Shown piece by piece: positions 62,280-64,000 of a DNA stretch of 64,000 nt; the stretch's first letter is position 1, and each line of letters opens with the position of its first letter. This DNA is from Chiloscyllium plagiosum. Taxonomy: Eukaryota. Below the pieces are notes generated by a model. It made no database searches. It saw only the letters and a list, made by a program, of their open reading frames with translations, and had not been told where the DNA came from. Location of the stretch: the NCBI RefSeq assembly GCF_004010195.1, contig NC_057719.1, positions 37,692,547-37,756,546 on the forward strand, written 5' to 3'. Both the position numbers and the translations under genes were made by a program.

Positions 62280-62960
62280 GAATATTGAAAGAGATAGCTG
62301 ATGCATTGGTGATCTTCTTTCAAAAGTTCATTAATTCTTAAATATTGTCTGCATATTTCCAGGTTGCAGATGTAACCACTGATTAAGAAAGAGGGAGAGA
62401 GAAAACAAAGAACTGTAGATCTATTAGCCTGAAGTCAGCAGAAGGGAAATTGCTAGAATATTATAAAGAATGTGATTACTGGATATTTAGAAAATAATGC
62501 TAGATTGGACAGAGTCAACATGGATTTACAAAAGGAAAATCATGTTTTTCAGTCTGAGTGTTTTGAGAATCTTACTAGCAGAATCAATAAAGAGGAATGA
62601 ATGGCTGTGGTGTATTTGGATTTTAAGAACACTTCTGGTAAAGTCTAACATAGGAAGTTAGTAAGCCAAATTAAAGCATTTGAGATTGCAGTTAACACAC
62701 TGGGATGGTTTGAAGATTGAATAATATAAAGCAGAAAGTAGGGATAAATGGGTCATTATCAGGTTGGTAGACTGTGACCAGTGGGGCATTGCAAGGAGTC
62801 ACAAATGATTTGGATATAGGAGTTGATTGTGTAATATTTCCAAGTTTACGATATATAAAATTTGATGAGATTGTGATTTGAGGGGGATGCTAAAGAGAAT
62901 TAAAGGGGATTTTGACAAGCTGAATGGGTGGGCAAAAGCAATGACAGATGGAATATAAGG
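62280..62960 (+). mobile_element. Decayed CR1 RT fragment
   Basis: QHGFTKGKSC-type motif; similar to 55870-56655. Confidence 0.7.
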
Positions 62961-62984
62961 TAAGTGTGATGTTTTCCACTTTGG

Positions 62985-63640
62985 TGATGGTCATTAGCAG
63001 TCACGTGTTAACAAATATGACTATTTACGTGGGAAATTCCGTATCACTGGTTATGGGTTTATGGGTCCTTCCACAGCTGATGAGCCTGATTGTAGGTGGT
63101 ATTAGTCCTTCGCCCTTGAGATTATTGGCATTCCTTCCACCGGTTCCTTTTCTATACTTCTTGCCACCAGGTGTTGTTGAAGAATTATGTCCCTTGTACA
63201 TGAGTTTTCTCCAAGTTGATTTCTTCTGAATGGGGATCTCCCATGTATTGATATCTATGTTGCATTTCTTGAAGGAAGCTACAGCAGGGTCTTTGAAATG
63301 CTTCCTTTATCCTCCTCTCATTCAAACCTTCCTTGAGCTGGGTGAAGAAGATTTGCTTTTGGTAGTTGGAACTTGGGCATCCTAAGTACATGGCTGGGCC
63401 AGAGGAATTAGTCACAGATGGCCGTGGCCCCAATGCTGGTACTGTTAGCTGCTTCAAAGCTGTTGATGTTAGTCTGCCTGTCTTCCCATCTGATGACCGT
63501 GTCTTCAGAATCCTTAAGGGGGAGGGTGTGCAGCCAGAAGTCGTGGTCTTCCCATCTGATGAGGAGAATCCAACTCAAACAATGTTGATGGTAATTCTCA
63601 AAGCTCTTGATGGCATCTAAACATCTATAAAGCACTGAAA
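62985..63640 (-). mobile_element. RTE-type LINE 3' remnant
   Basis: YHQHCLSWILLIRWED...TNINSFEAANSTSI and KQIFFTQLKEG peptides, typical of an RTE ORF C-terminus. Confidence 0.75.
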
Positions 63641-63649
63641 CTTACAGAG

Positions 63650-63980
63650 GAATCACAGAATCCCCACAGTGTGTAAAGAGGCCATTTGGCCCATCAAGTT
63701 CGCACCAACCCTCTGAAGAGCATTCCACTCCCACCCTATCCCCATAACCCCACACTTCTTATGGCTATTCCACCTACCCTGCAATTCCTGCACACTATAT
63801 AGGGCATTTAGCATAGCCAGTCCACCTCATCTGTATGTCTTTGGACTATGAGAGGAAAGAGGAGCACCTGGAGGAAACCCATGCAAACTCCACACAGACA
63901 ATCTTCAAAGGCTGGAATCGAACCTGGGTTCCTGGTGCTGTGAGGCAGCAATGCTAACCGCTGAACCACTGTGCAGCCCC
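63650..63980 (-). mobile_element. HE1-type SINE, diverged
   Basis: Reverse-complement similarity to 1096-1415, including the tRNA-like head. Confidence 0.85.
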
Positions 63981-64000
63981 AGAGTCAGAAGATGATTGCG

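Noticed and set aside
63490..63575. CTGATGA words as additional hammerheads
   Set aside because: They are part of the duplicated RTE coding sequence (IRWED antisense) and lack an intact stem II plus GAAA.

Overview
Vertebrate genomic DNA, very probably from a shark. The repeats include HE1-type SINEs, HER1/CR1-type LINEs, Deu-domain SINEs and Penelope-type elements; the taxon is inferred from repeat content only. Two divergently oriented multi-exon genes can be built by hand from canonical GT-AG sites with consistent phases. The first is a PKDCC/VLK-family secreted kinase on the minus strand (six exons, 10608 to 1945, about 444 codons; last exon not found). The second is ZNF839 on the plus strand (seven exons, 22816 to 61180, about 899 codons; 3' end beyond the window). 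An intact tRNA-Lys(CTT) lies 650 bp upstream of the ZNF839 ATG, next to a CpG-island promoter with CRE and YY1 motifs. Introns and intergenic DNA are rich in repeats: CR1 and RTE LINE pieces, a solo LTR, a minisatellite, a 174-bp duplication and a 122-N gap. The most notable hidden structure is a dispersed set of short elements, several of them fold-back palindromes with 11-17 bp target-site duplications. They carry minimal hammerhead-ribozyme cores with covarying stem II, and a Penelope GIY-YIG endonuclease remnant is also present. Repeat boundaries are approximate and were set by eye.
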